A DNA stretch of 61,785 nucleotides, filler included. It is 6 parts of 6 records of this genome, joined end to end, with 100 filler letters (N's around TTAATTAATTAA, not from the genome) between each part and the next. Parts side by side here need not be neighbours in the genome. Positions count along the whole stretch, not along the records: positions 5,540 to 28,856 come from DRR723986_7410; 5 more parts are not named here. The stretch is one strand, 5' to 3'. Below are positions 9,868-19,922 of the stretch, piece after piece. The position numbers and the translations under genes are program-made. Each line of letters begins with the position of its first letter. The stretch's first letter is position 1. A model generated the notes under the pieces. That model saw only the letters and a program-made list of their open reading frames with translations. It was not told where the DNA came from and ran no database searches.

Positions 9868-11190
9868 ATGCCGCAGAGCCGTACAGAAGCGCGCCGGACG
9901 ATCGGCAGTTACTGGGAAGCCAGTGTTCCGCAGGTCAAGCTGGACCGGCAGCTCATCGGCAACGCGCTTTTCGACGTGGCGATTATCGGCGCCGGGTTCG
10001 CCGGGCTGAGCGCTGCGCTACGGCTCGCGCAGGCAGGCGTTTCCGTGTGCGTTCTGGAAGCGGAACACGTTGGTTACGGCGCCTCGGGCCGCAACGGCGG
10101 TTTTTGTTGCCTGGGTGGTACCAAGCTCGACGAGCGCCGCCTCATCAAGAAATTCGGCCTCGAGGAAGCGCGCCGTTTCGTTGCCTATCAGGTCGCGGGC
10201 GTCAATCTGGTTGCCCAGAGGCTCGACAGCTGGGGTGTTGACGCCGACCGCCATTCCAATGGGGAAATCTATCTTGCCCACCGGCGGAAGGATTACGCCG
10301 GCTTTCAGGCGGAAGCAGCGTTCCTGAAGGAGAACTTCGGTATCAAGGCCCAGGTGCTTTCCAAGACGGACCTGGACGCGGAAGGCTATGGCGGGCCGAC
10401 ATTCCACGGCGGACTGCAGGTACCCTACGGCTTTGCACTCAATCCGATGGCCTATGTCCAGGCTCTGGCGGATCAGGTGCGCCGAGCCGGCGGCAAGATC
10501 TTCGGCAAGTCGCCGGTGACAGGGATGACCCGGGACAATGACCGCTGGCAACTGGAGACCGAACACGGCTTCATTCGGGCCCGGAAGGTTGTCCTGGCGG
10601 GCAATGGCTATGCACGCGAGGATGCGCCCAAATGGTTGCACGGGCGTACGCTGCCGGTCATGTCGTCAATCCTGGTGACCCGCCCCCTGAGCGAGGGTGA
10701 ACTCGCCGCACAGGGCTGGACCTCCGACACCATGGCTGCCGACACTCGTAACCTTTTGCATTATTTCCGCCTGTTGCCCGACCGGCGGTTCCTGTTCGGA
10801 ACGCGGGGCGGCATCTTCGAAAATGCCCAGTCGCTCGCGGCGATGTACAAGCGTGCAAGGTCGGATTTCGACGAGATGTTTCCGGCCTGGGCGGGCATTG
10901 AGGCCGAACACAGCTGGTATGGACATGTGTGCCTGGCGCGAAATCTGACCCCCTTCGTTGGGGAAGTGCCCGGTCTCGGCGGCGTCTATGCCGCAATGGG
11001 GTGGCATGGCAGCGGCATAGCAATGGCATCGATTTCGGGGGAGAAGGTCGCCGGTTTGATCCTCGGCAAGCTTCAGCCGGAAGATCTGCCGGTTGCCCTG
11101 CGCCGGCCTTTTGCAAGGTTTCCCCTGCCGTCACTGCGTAAACTCTATCTTCAGGGCGCTTACTGGTGGTACGGCTGGCAGGACAGGTAA
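9868..11190 (+). CDS. FAD-dependent oxidoreductase (DAO/PuuB family paralog)
   Basis: GAGFAGLS, GASGRNGGFC, GWHGSG; 1 nt after the previous gene. Confidence 0.85.
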   Translation: MPQSRTEARRTIGSYWEASVPQVKLDRQLIGNALFDVAIIGAGFAGLSAALRLAQAGVSVCVLEAEHVGYGASGRNGGFCCLGGTKLDERRLIKKFGLEEARRFVAYQVAGVNLVAQRLDSWGVDADRHSNGEIYLAHRRKDYAGFQAEAAFLKENFGIKAQVLSKTDLDAEGYGGPTFHGGLQVPYGFALNPMAYVQALADQVRRAGGKIFGKSPVTGMTRDNDRWQLETEHGFIRARKVVLAGNGYAREDAPKWLHGRTLPVMSSILVTRPLSEGELAAQGWTSDTMAADTRNLLHYFRLLPDRRFLFGTRGGIFENAQSLAAMYKRARSDFDEMFPAWAGIEAEHSWYGHVCLARNLTPFVGEVPGLGGVYAAMGWHGSGIAMASISGEKVAGLILGKLQPEDLPVALRRPFARFPLPSLRKLYLQGAYWWYGWQDR

Positions 11191-11241
11191 ACCGCAGATC
11201 TGCATTCGCCATGATCCGGGACCATTGAAGACAGAAATCGG

Positions 11242-11874
11242 ATGCTTATGACTGATACCGTGATCGTTCGGCAGGCCGAGCTTCGAGACCTGGAAGCCGT
11301 TTACGATATCTGCCTGAAAACCGGCCAGGCCGGGCGCGACGCGACGGATCTTTATTCTGACCCCGCATTGATCGGCCATATCTACGCAGGGCCCTATGTG
11401 GCTTTGAAAGGTCCCATCAGCTTTGTCGCTGAAGATGATGTCGGCGTGTTCGGTTATGCCGTCGGCGTCAGCGATACACGGGCTTTCGAGCGCGAACTGG
11501 AGCGGGAATGGTGGCCGACTTTGCGGGAACGTTACCCGGAACCGGTGCAGCAGGAAACCGTGCAGTCAGCCGATGATCAGCGGATCCGCACGATCCACAA
11601 TCCGTCGCCCGTGCCACAGGCCGTCATCGATGAATATCCGGCGCATATTCACATGAACCTCTTGCCGCGTGCGCGCGGGAGGGGAGTTGGTACCAGGCTG
11701 CTGGACGCCTGGATTGCCGCTGCAAAACTGAAGGGTGTCTCGGCCGTTCATGCCGGGGTGAGCGCTGCCAACGAAGCCGGGCTCGCTTTCTGGACAGCAC
11801 GGGAGTTCCATCCGGTTCTGACAGTCAGCAACAGCGGATCTCATGGCACCATCTGGTGCGGACGAAGCTTGTAG
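11242..11874 (+). CDS. GNAT family N-acetyltransferase
   Basis: ICLKTG, YAGPY, YPAHIHMNLLPRARGRGVG. Confidence 0.85.
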   Translation: MLMTDTVIVRQAELRDLEAVYDICLKTGQAGRDATDLYSDPALIGHIYAGPYVALKGPISFVAEDDVGVFGYAVGVSDTRAFERELEREWWPTLRERYPEPVQQETVQSADDQRIRTIHNPSPVPQAVIDEYPAHIHMNLLPRARGRGVGTRLLDAWIAAAKLKGVSAVHAGVSAANEAGLAFWTAREFHPVLTVSNSGSHGTIWCGRSL

Positions 11875-11943
11875 TCGCCACGGGCCAACAAGGCCTTAGC
11901 TCCGCATAGTTCGCACTGAATGTTGTGGTCACGGGAGAGCGGA

Positions 11944-12489
11944 ATGCCTGCAACCACGAAAACGGAATTGCTCGCCGCAAGCGAGAGCGAGTTTTCAAAG
12001 CTGCAAACGCTCCTTGATGACCTGCCCGCGATGCTGCGTCTTGAAAAGGATGCGGACGGCATATCGCCAAAGGATATCGTCGGTCACCGGGCTCACTGGA
12101 TAGACCTGTTTCTGGGCTGGTACCGGGACGGCCAGGCCGGCAGACCGGTCTGGTTTCCGGCCAAAGGCTACAAGTGGAACGAGACGCCCAGATACAATGC
12201 CGACTTGCGGCAAAAGCAATCCGGTCTTTCCTGGCGATCGGTGCGATCCCTTCTGGAGGGAAACCACGCCGAACTGCTTGCCCTCGTGGAAAGTCTGGAG
12301 AATGACGAACTCTACGGCGAACCGATGAAAGGCTCCAACAACAAGTGGACGACGGGACGCTGGGCGGAAGCTGCCGGTCCAAGCCATTACTGGTCGGCTT
12401 CGAAATATCTTCGCCAACGTCTTTCTCAGTTTCAGGAGGAAAGAGATCGGCGCAATTCCGATGTGAGGGATCAGTCCGGGTCGATCTGA
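11944..12489 (+). CDS. ClbS/DfsB family (DUF1706) four-helix-bundle protein
   Basis: RBS GGAGAG; PATTKTELL, KDIVGHRAHW, PAKGYKWN, AGPSHY. Confidence 0.8.
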   Translation: MPATTKTELLAASESEFSKLQTLLDDLPAMLRLEKDADGISPKDIVGHRAHWIDLFLGWYRDGQAGRPVWFPAKGYKWNETPRYNADLRQKQSGLSWRSVRSLLEGNHAELLALVESLENDELYGEPMKGSNNKWTTGRWAEAAGPSHYWSASKYLRQRLSQFQEERDRRNSDVRDQSGSI

Positions 12490-13187
12490 GCCTTGCGTCT
12501 GACAACGGCTACGTTGACCTCCCGCCATATCTCGAAACCCAGCTTGCGGTAGAGGGCGATTGCTCCGTGATTGTCCGCATAGGCGTGAAGGAACGGAATG
12601 TCGCCGCGGCTCCTGATGACTTCAGTCACATGAAGAGAGAGCTCGGATGCCAGGCCTCTGCCTCGGAAATCGGGATGAGTGCAGATCCCGCTCACTTCCG
12701 TATAGCCGTCGAGGTTGATCCTGCTACCCGCCATTGCAGCCAGACGGCCGTCCAGCCTGATGCCGAAGAAAGTGCCCAGCTCCGGCGTGCGAGCGGTGAA
12801 CGGACCCGGTTTTGTAAGCGTTGCAAGCTCGACCATCTCCGGGACATCGGTTTCGTCCAGCTGCACGATTGAAGTCGATCGGGATGGGCCTGCTGACGGG
12901 GAAACTTCGACCATGAGAACACCCAGCGCGGTGATCTCTGCCTCAAGTTCATGGGGCAGGGCGATGTCGTCCGCCTGCAGTATGAAAGCCCGGTCGTCAC
13001 CCGGTTGAATCAGTTCCGCCAGCGCGGCCAGAGCTTCGGGCGAGTTGTTCGCCGCTGCCGCAAAGGGGGAGATGGCCGGATCGAAACGGCGGGCAAGGTC
13101 GCCCCCCTGGCTGAATTGCGCATGCCGGGAAGTCAGGGCTGACCAGACAACCCGCTTCAGAAGGCTGTCCCGGCTCGGTTCATTCAT
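12471..13187 (-). CDS. GNAT family acetyltransferase (FR47-like)
   Basis: TKPGPF, EVSGICTHPDFRGRGLA, PFLHAYADNHGAIALYRKLGF; start overlaps upstream stop. Confidence 0.85.
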   Translation of the reverse strand: MNEPSRDSLLKRVVWSALTSRHAQFSQGGDLARRFDPAISPFAAAANNSPEALAALAELIQPGDDRAFILQADDIALPHELEAEITALGVLMVEVSPSAGPSRSTSIVQLDETDVPEMVELATLTKPGPFTARTPELGTFFGIRLDGRLAAMAGSRINLDGYTEVSGICTHPDFRGRGLASELSLHVTEVIRSRGDIPFLHAYADNHGAIALYRKLGFEIWREVNVAVVRRKAQIDPD

Positions 13188-13500
13188 AACTGCGTGCATC
13201 TTCGAGCTCATAGTGTTGTGAAATCAGATCCCATCGCTTCAACACGTCCCGGGCGGCATCGGGCACATAACAGCGCTCGTAATCCGGGCCTTGAAACGCG
13301 ATGATGTCGTCAAGCGAGCGGAAACTCATGATGGTGATGAACTCCACCTCGGTTTCCAGGTTCCTTCGAAGGACCTCGATGCCGAGATAGCCGGGAATGG
13401 CTTTCGCCTCGATGCCCGGAATGACCTGTGTCGTGAGAACATGGGCATAGGTGTCGGCCATGCCGGGGTCCGTCCAGCCATGCCAGATGCGCTTGATCAT
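13180..13500 (-). CDS. antibiotic biosynthesis monooxygenase-like (dimeric alpha/beta barrel) protein
   Basis: MIKRIWHGWT, IPGYLG, FQGPDYERCYVP; ATGA overlap with MarR gene. Confidence 0.7.
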   Translation of the reverse strand: MIKRIWHGWTDPGMADTYAHVLTTQVIPGIEAKAIPGYLGIEVLRRNLETEVEFITIMSFRSLDDIIAFQGPDYERCYVPDAARDVLKRWDLISQHYELEDARSYE

Positions 13501-14027
13501 CGTTCAAGCTCTGGGGGCGTTTGCAGAGAGTTCCAGTCCTGCAACGGCCTGTCCTTGCAGCGGACGGAAAGCGGCCTCGTGCAAAGGGCATCCTCCAGAC
13601 CTGCAAGCTGGTCAAGCAAAGGACCTTCCAGACTGTTGCAGGCATCGGCAACGGCCAGTGTGATCGCGGGCCAGAGCGTTTCTTTCAGATGGGCGACGAG
13701 GGCTACTCCCTTGTCGGTCAGGCCGATTGTCGTCACGCGACGGTCCTGTTGCGAGGCAACGGATTCAACCAGTCCATCCGACTTCATCTTGTTGATCGTT
13801 CTGGTAACGCCCGGTTGGCTCTGGCCAAGGGTCTTCGCCAGATCGCCGATACTCAGCGGGCCTTGCCGGTCGAGTGCGGCAAGAACAGGGTTGTGCGGCG
13901 TCGGCAGACTGGTGTCGGCAAGCTCGGCCGCAACGATCTGCGTTTGTGCCTGCAGCATTTCCCCGATCCGTTTCAGCCGGCTGCCCAGGGTGGCATAGCC
14001 AAGCGCGCGGACGACATCTTCGCTCAT
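13497..14027 (-). CDS. MarR family transcriptional regulator
   Basis: LGSRLKRIGE, HTH LSIGDLAKTLGQSQPGVTR, DRRVTTIGLTDKG wing. Confidence 0.9.
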   Translation of the reverse strand: MSEDVVRALGYATLGSRLKRIGEMLQAQTQIVAAELADTSLPTPHNPVLAALDRQGPLSIGDLAKTLGQSQPGVTRTINKMKSDGLVESVASQQDRRVTTIGLTDKGVALVAHLKETLWPAITLAVADACNSLEGPLLDQLAGLEDALCTRPLSVRCKDRPLQDWNSLQTPPELER

Positions 14028-14037
14028 GGGTCACTCC

Positions 14038-14073
14038 ATTTACATAACTTGATATATAACTAGTTATGTAAAT
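14038..14073. promoter_or_regulatory. putative MarR autoregulatory operator
   Basis: Perfect 12-bp inverted repeat ATTTACATAACT-N12-AGTTATGTAAAT, overlapping palindrome ATAACTAGTTAT (14056-14067), 10 nt upstream of the marR start. Confidence 0.7.
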
Positions 14074-14133
14074 TCGCAAGGCCTGGTGGGTGAAGTAGTT
14101 GGAGACTGATCCGAGGCTGAGATGAGGAAAGTC

Positions 14134-14169
14134 AAAAACGTCGCCCCACCAGTGGCACTGGCGGGGCGA
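14134..14169 (-). terminator. intrinsic terminator after dnaJ/cbpA
   Basis: GC-rich hairpin 14141-14169 followed on the minus strand by a U-tract. Confidence 0.6.
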
Positions 14170-14200
14170 GGTGACGGTCAACAGTTGACGAGGGGGCCGC

Positions 14201-15178
14201 CTAGTCGAATTCCGGTCCGCGTGCGCGGTACGGAGTGATTTCCTTCCAGGCCCGCATCAGCGTGTCCAACTCGTCGTCGCCATGCGGCGGCATTACGATC
14301 TGCAGCTTGACCAGAAGGTCGCCATGACCACCGGTCTTGGTCGGAAGGCCCTTGCCCTTCAACCGCATGGACTTGCCGCTGGAGGCGTTGGCCGGAATGG
14401 TCAGGTTGACAGCACCGGACAGGGTCGGCGTACGCACTTTTGCGCCCAGAACAGCTTCATAAAGTGTCAGAGGCAGGTCGAGGTGGAGGTCGGATCCCTT
14501 CACTTCGAAAAGCTTGTGAGGCTTGAAACGGATCTCGACCAGGGCGTCGCCTGCAGGACCGCCGTTTTCCCCGGGGTGCCCCTGGCCCTTGAGCCGGATC
14601 TTTTCGCCTTCGACCACCCCCTTGGGCAGGGTAACATTCACCGTCTTGCCGCTTGGAAGCGTTACCTGGGTCTTGCCGGAGTTGACGATGTCCTCCAGCG
14701 AGGCGCGGGCGACGATTTCCGCATTGGCGCCTTTTGTCTTGGGCGGCGCTTTCGCACGGGCTCCGCCGCCGAAACCTGCACCGGGTCCAGCGCCTGCACC
14801 TGCGCCGGCGCGTGCACGGCCACCACCGAAACTGCCGAAAATGTCGTTCAGAATATCGTCGAAACTGCCGCCGCCACCGGATGTCTTCTGGGTGCGTGCA
14901 CCGCCGAAGTCTTCATATCCGGAAAAGCCGTCAAAACCATGCGCCTGATAGCGCTGCTTGCCCTCCGCATCGATTTCTCCGCGGTCGAACTTGGCACGTT
15001 TTTCCTTGTCGCCGACAATTTCATAGGCCTGATTTGCTTCGGAAAAACGCTGTGCGGCCGTCGGATCATCCTTGTTCTGATCCGGATGGTATTTTTTGGC
15101 CAGCTTCCGAAAGGCCTTCTTGATTTCGCTCTCGCTGGCAGATTTTGCCACCCCGAGAACGCTATAGGGATCACGCAT
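14201..15178 (-). CDS. cbpA: DnaJ class B (CbpA-like) chaperone
   Basis: [13 protein letters not shown] motif, G/F-rich linker, DnaJ_C domain, no zinc finger; symbol tentative. Confidence 0.9.
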   Translation of the reverse strand: MRDPYSVLGVAKSASESEIKKAFRKLAKKYHPDQNKDDPTAAQRFSEANQAYEIVGDKEKRAKFDRGEIDAEGKQRYQAHGFDGFSGYEDFGGARTQKTSGGGGSFDDILNDIFGSFGGGRARAGAGAGAGPGAGFGGGARAKAPPKTKGANAEIVARASLEDIVNSGKTQVTLPSGKTVNVTLPKGVVEGEKIRLKGQGHPGENGGPAGDALVEIRFKPHKLFEVKGSDLHLDLPLTLYEAVLGAKVRTPTLSGAVNLTIPANASSGKSMRLKGKGLPTKTGGHGDLLVKLQIVMPPHGDDELDTLMRAWKEITPYRARGPEFD

Positions 15179-15294
15179 TCGTCTCACCAGGTTCCTAAGA
15201 TTTTCCGGCAGGCTGCCCCGCGCACTGCTCCGTTCGGCGAGCCGAACACAAGCGTGCAAGTTTAGCAGGTCATGCTTGACCGGACTTGTCCTCT

Positions 15295-15323
15295 ATATCG
15301 GGATGGATAGGAAAAAATTCCAG
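15295..15323 (-). promoter_or_regulatory. possible RpoH (sigma32) promoter for cbpA
   Basis: Minus strand CTGGAA-N16-CCGATAT resembles the alphaproteobacterial CTTGAA-N16-CCTATAT consensus. Confidence 0.4.
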
Positions 15324-15375
15324 ACCCCGAATTCGTCTTGAGGACCTTCCGGTTTTAGCGGTTTTTTGACGGGGT

Positions 15376-15852
15376 TCAAGCTTCGGCGACAGTCAGGCTG
15401 GTGACCGCGAATTTTTGCGTGATGTCCCGGCAGGCCGTGCCGGAGTACAGCTTGATGCCGACGATGGTATTCGCCGTCGTCTGAAAGCCGAGACAGCCTG
15501 TCTCGCTGTAGGTGGAGGCATTGATGTTCGACAATGTGCCGGAATTGCCGCTGATCGCGTTGAGCCACGTCAGCGACAAGGCCTGCGTCGGCTTTCCGGC
15601 AGCAAGGTCCTGGCTGATAGTGTCGAGGTTCTGCGCGATCACAGACCGGTCGTCCTCGTTGATATCGGCATAGGCGACGTCGGATGCGGACGGAATGGAG
15701 CCGGTCAGGACTGTCGGGGAATCGATGTTGTTGCTGCCCACCGGAACGGACAACTGGCTACAGCCGCCAAGTGCGGTTGCAACGGCCATGCAAAGTGCGG
15801 CTAAGGGTTGGATCTTTATGTGCCCGGCAGTATATGAACGCATACGATACAT
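15376..15852 (-). CDS. RT0821/Lpp0805-like surface lipoprotein
   Basis: Lipobox [19 protein letters not shown]...GTACR; start uncertain. Confidence 0.7.
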   Translation of the reverse strand: MYRMRSYTAGHIKIQPLAALCMAVATALGGCSQLSVPVGSNNIDSPTVLTGSIPSASDVAYADINEDDRSVIAQNLDTISQDLAAGKPTQALSLTWLNAISGNSGTLSNINASTYSETGCLGFQTTANTIVGIKLYSGTACRDITQKFAVTSLTVAEA

Positions 15853-15923
15853 TTTTCAGGCAGCCCCCCGGTCCGGCTTTTCGAGCCGCTTTAAAGGCTG
15901 TCGTTTCCTTCGACAGGTTACCG

Positions 15924-16559
15924 ATGACAGACCTTAAAGATCCCCCTGAAGAGTTAACAAAAGGTGACTTTACAGAGGTAGTGAAGCCATTTGAGCTTTT
16001 TGCAGAATGGCTTGAGGACGCCAGGGCTTCGGAGCCCAACGATCCCAACGCACTGGCGCTGTCGACCGTCGACGCAGACGGCCTGCCGAATGTGCGGATG
16101 GTTCTGCTGAAGGACTTCGACGAACGCGGCTTTGTTTTTTACACAAATTTCGAAAGCGCCAAGGGGCAGGAGCTGCTCTCCGCCGGCAAGGCTGCCATGT
16201 GCTTCCACTGGAAGTCCTTGCGCCGGCAGGTTCGCATTCGTGGCCTTGTCGAACAGGTTTCGAACGAGGAAGCGGACGAGTACTACCGCTCCCGGCCGCG
16301 CGGCAGCCGGATCGGTGCCTGGGCGTCCAGGCAATCGCGGCCGCTGGAAAGCCGTTTCGCGTTGGAAAAGGAAGTGGCGAAATATACCGCCAAGTTCGGT
16401 ATCGGCGACATTCCGCGGCCCGACCACTGGTCAGGCATGCGCCTGGCGCCGGTTTCCATCGAATTCTGGCACGACCGGCCGTTCCGACTTCATGACCGCG
16501 TGCAGTTCACCCGAACTGGCGCGGATCAGCCATGGTCCAAGGCGCGCCTTTATCCGTAA
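15924..16559 (+). CDS. pdxH: pyridoxamine 5'-phosphate oxidase
   Basis: [46 protein letters not shown]. Confidence 0.95.
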   Translation: MTDLKDPPEELTKGDFTEVVKPFELFAEWLEDARASEPNDPNALALSTVDADGLPNVRMVLLKDFDERGFVFYTNFESAKGQELLSAGKAAMCFHWKSLRRQVRIRGLVEQVSNEEADEYYRSRPRGSRIGAWASRQSRPLESRFALEKEVAKYTAKFGIGDIPRPDHWSGMRLAPVSIEFWHDRPFRLHDRVQFTRTGADQPWSKARLYP

Positions 16560-16602
16560 CGCGCCTGCGACCAGGGCTGAAACTTGCAAGATGCCGAACC
16601 GG

Positions 16603-17577
16603 TTATAGCAGGCGTTTCCAGCGGAAGAACAGGAACGTCAGCCCGACTGACGACACCATCAGGCCCAACGAGAACAGGAACCCGAGCTGCCAGTTCAGCT
16701 CGGGCATGTTGGCAAAGTTCATGCCGTAGATCGATGCGATCAAGGTCGGTGGCAGGAAGATCACGCTGACGACCGTAAAGATCTTCGAGATCTGGTTCTG
16801 CTCCAGCGTGACGAGGCCGACCGTTGCGTCCAGCAGGAAGGACAGCTTGTTGTCCAGTGCGTCGCCGTGTTCCTTGATGGAATGGATGTCCCTGCCGAAC
16901 ATCTTGCAGTCGGCTTCCTGCTCCTCATTCAGGTTCAGACGTTTGGCATGTGTGCTGAGGTAAAGCATCATCCGCGACAGGCTGGTGCAGACATCGTGCA
17001 TCTTGGACACATGCAGTCCTATCTGCCCCAGTTGCTTGATGGCGATCTGATAGCTTGCGGTCTTGCGCATGTTGAGGCCGTCGCCGAACACCTGCACTGC
17101 CAGCTTGTCATACCGTGCTGACGCGCTTTCCATTTCATCGGCACACCGGTCGACGATGATGTCGAGCATCGTGAAGAGGACAGCCGGCCCCTTGTGGGCA
17201 ATAGTCGAATCGGCCTGAACCTTGCGCGACAGAAGGGCGATGGATTTCGGTTCGCCATAGCGCACAGTCACCAGCCGCTTGGCATTGACGACAAATGTGA
17301 CAGACGAAAGCGCCGGGTCGATCATCTGCGTGGCGATCGGAAGCTGCGCGGTCATCACCACGGCGCCGGGTTCCAGGTAAAGGCGTTCGGAGGTTTCGAT
17401 GGAGGCGATCTCGTCCCGTGTCGGGATTTCCGCGCCCATCAGCTTTTCTGCTGCCTTTTGCTCTTCCTGCGTCGGGGCGATCAGGTCGATCCATACAGAC
17501 GTGGTCGGAAGGGGGGCGCCGGAGGCAAGCTCAAGACGCTCCAGACCTTTGACGGTCGGGCAGTAGGCAATGATCAT
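16603..17577 (-). CDS. corA: CorA family magnesium transporter
   Basis: WIDLIAPT, PPTLIASIYGMNF signature, two C-terminal TMs. Confidence 0.92.
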   Translation of the reverse strand: MIIAYCPTVKGLERLELASGAPLPTTSVWIDLIAPTQEEQKAAEKLMGAEIPTRDEIASIETSERLYLEPGAVVMTAQLPIATQMIDPALSSVTFVVNAKRLVTVRYGEPKSIALLSRKVQADSTIAHKGPAVLFTMLDIIVDRCADEMESASARYDKLAVQVFGDGLNMRKTASYQIAIKQLGQIGLHVSKMHDVCTSLSRMMLYLSTHAKRLNLNEEQEADCKMFGRDIHSIKEHGDALDNKLSFLLDATVGLVTLEQNQISKIFTVVSVIFLPPTLIASIYGMNFANMPELNWQLGFLFSLGLMVSSVGLTFLFFRWKRLL

Positions 17578-17853
17578 GCAGGCAATCTCCGCCGAAGGAC
17601 ACGGAGCGTGCCCTGTTCGGCGGCAGTTTGCCCAACAGATCGGAAGACGGCAACCGTCTGAAGAAAGTGATTTTGCGGCACCCCGACGGGGCTTGGCCGC
17701 TTCAGGATGGCGGACATTCAATCGTCACCGATTGTATGTCCGAACGCTATCCTGGACCGGTCACGCCGGCCGTCAAACAGCGTCTCGAAACGACATGGCA
17801 AGCTGGCCGTCACCAGCGGCTTGCCGCGTCTTCGGACGCTACAGCGCAGCGGC

Positions 17854-17997
17854 TCAGTTCTTCTTTTTGGCCACCGTGCCCGAATTCTTGCAAAGGGCAG
17901 CTGCATTGAGGGCTGCGATGCCGACGGGCTTGTAGAGGTTCACCAGTTTCGCATCGGCGCTTTGCTTCGGGGCAGGGCGGGCAGATTGCTCAGACAT
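17854..17997 (-). CDS. small hypothetical protein (47 aa)
   Basis: MSEQ...LYKPVGIAALNAAALC...KKKN; purine-rich upstream region; alone in a long intergenic stretch. Confidence 0.5.
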   Translation of the reverse strand: MSEQSARPAPKQSADAKLVNLYKPVGIAALNAAALCKNSGTVAKKKN

Positions 17998-18284
17998 TTG
18001 TCTCGTCCGTTGTCTTTTCCAGTGCCCGCTCTCTGGGTTAAAGTTTTCATGGCTCGCGGGCGGTGTGCATGTCGTATCCAATTGCGGCAAACGGAAGGCA
18101 GAAAACACGCTTTTCAGCCGGTTTTCGCAATGGATGTGAAAAAGCATGCGCTTATTGGCGAAAATCGGCCAGTCAAAAACAATAACAAGATGTAACGAAT
18201 CCCGGCCGGATTTGAAGTAATACAGTAAGGATTTATTTACGAATTAGGCCTGCCGGTCATTTGAGCAAGTATATGACTACCCAT

Positions 18285-18722
18285 TCATATGAAATAGCTT
18301 CTGTGATTCCGTAGTGGAGAGCCCCGCAAGGCACTGCAGAATCCTAGCAGCGATCGCGCGTAGCTGAGCAGTACCGTCGTGGCACAAAGGCCCAGTCCGG
18401 CCAGCATCAATGCAGAAGAGATCGAAGCTCCCAGAAGGATCATCAGGCCACCTGTGCCGAGGCCTATGACCAAGAGGGCAATGGTTGTCCGCAGGTAATG
18501 GTAGTGGGCCTGTAGCCAGCGTCCTCCCGGTTCGGCATAGAGGATCGCAAATGCCAGGGCGATGGGCGACAGGAGTATCGTCAGAACCAGCAGGTGGCAC
18601 AGGCAGATATTGGCAGATCCTGGCCGAAACAAGCCAAATGGTGAAAACGCCTTTTGTTTTCCGTCACCGGCAGCGCGGTGTTCCTGTTCGCTCGCCGTAT
18701 GACGGGACCGCAATCCGGTCAT
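18285..18722 (-). CDS. uncharacterised membrane protein (DUF4870-like)
   Basis: Three hydrophobic segments with a W..AHY.YL.TT motif; start uncertain. Confidence 0.6.
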   Translation of the reverse strand: MTGLRSRHTASEQEHRAAGDGKQKAFSPFGLFRPGSANICLCHLLVLTILLSPIALAFAILYAEPGGRWLQAHYHYLRTTIALLVIGLGTGGLMILLGASISSALMLAGLGLCATTVLLSYARSLLGFCSALRGSPLRNHRSYFI

Positions 18723-18911
18723 GCCTTACCCCGATTTGCAACTGTATTTCCGGCGTGTCTTGCTTGCACGTTTATCGTTTGCCCAGAAGGAATGTATGAT
18801 GTGTTCGCTGTCGAAGTGAAGTTCATTTTTGACAAATTGGCTGTAAACGAAGAAACAATCAGGTGGACACCTTGCCGCGCCGATGCGGCAAGCCAGGCGA
18901 GATAGGATCTC

Positions 18912-19910
18912 ATGAAGCGCTACGCCGTCTATAAAACAGCTTCGGCACCGGCCAGTCGCACGACCGGCTCCGTGGCGCTGGCGCTCGCGGCAATTGCCTT
19001 TCTGGCAAAGCGGTTCGGCCTGATCGACGCGGATGTGTTTGTCCTGTCTCTGATTGCAGCGGCTACGATTGCGCTCGCCGCCATCCTGCTTGCCCTGTTC
19101 GGCTTCCACCGGATCTGGACCTATGGCGGACCCGGCGTGCCGGCGGCGCTCACAGGTTTGTTCCTGGGGCTGCTGGCGCTTGCGACGCCCGTGCTTGTGG
19201 TCGGAATGCTGGTCATGCACGCGGGAGCGAGCGACCTGGCCACCAACCGAACCGATCCACCCGAACTTGAAACAAATGTGGCTTCAAGCGAACAGCCTTT
19301 TCTCGACTGGCTGAACACCGCGCTTGTTGAAGACGTCTGGCCGGCCGTAGCCGCTTATACGGGTGCCGCGCCGGGCATGACTGCTGTGGCCAATTCGGCG
19401 GAAGACCGTCTTTACCCCGATATCGTTCCGCGCCGATACCGCATTTCTACCGCTCAACTGCATGCGGCGAGTGTCAAGGCGCTTGAAGGTCTGAACTGGC
19501 AGGTCGTTGATGAATTGCCGCCCGATCTCCTCGATGCACCGACCTATCTGCAGGCCGAGGGCACTTCGCAGATCCTGGGATTGAAACACGATATCGTACT
19601 GCGCGTCCGGCCGGATTCGGTGGGGGCCCTGCTTGACGTCCGTTCGCGTTCGCGCACACCGCTGAAGGACCTGACCGACAATGCGGACCGCATCCGTCTT
19701 GTCTTCAGCGAGATCGACCGTGTGCTTCTGGAAACATACGGCGATCTGGCGCGGCTTTCGGTCGACGAGACAGAGCTGGAAGAAGACCTGCCGGCCGAAC
19801 CGGTTGAAGACTTGCGCGAAACCATTCCGTTGCCGAGCTTCAAACCCTATTTCGAGGACGAGGATGCGCCGGTTGCCGAAGGTCTGGATGCGGTCGATCT
19901 GGAAGGCTGA
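18912..19910 (+). CDS. DUF1499 domain membrane protein
   Basis: N-terminal TMs, DLATNRTDPP, LLDVRSRSR...DNADRI; acidic tail. Confidence 0.8.
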   Translation: MKRYAVYKTASAPASRTTGSVALALAAIAFLAKRFGLIDADVFVLSLIAAATIALAAILLALFGFHRIWTYGGPGVPAALTGLFLGLLALATPVLVVGMLVMHAGASDLATNRTDPPELETNVASSEQPFLDWLNTALVEDVWPAVAAYTGAAPGMTAVANSAEDRLYPDIVPRRYRISTAQLHAASVKALEGLNWQVVDELPPDLLDAPTYLQAEGTSQILGLKHDIVLRVRPDSVGALLDVRSRSRTPLKDLTDNADRIRLVFSEIDRVLLETYGDLARLSVDETELEEDLPAEPVEDLRETIPLPSFKPYFEDEDAPVAEGLDAVDLEG

Positions 19911-19922
19911 TCGCTTGCAGGC

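Noticed and set aside
14755-14830. [15 protein letters not shown]-encoding repetitive DNA
   Set aside because: Normal G/F-rich linker of a DnaJ-family protein, not a repeat element.
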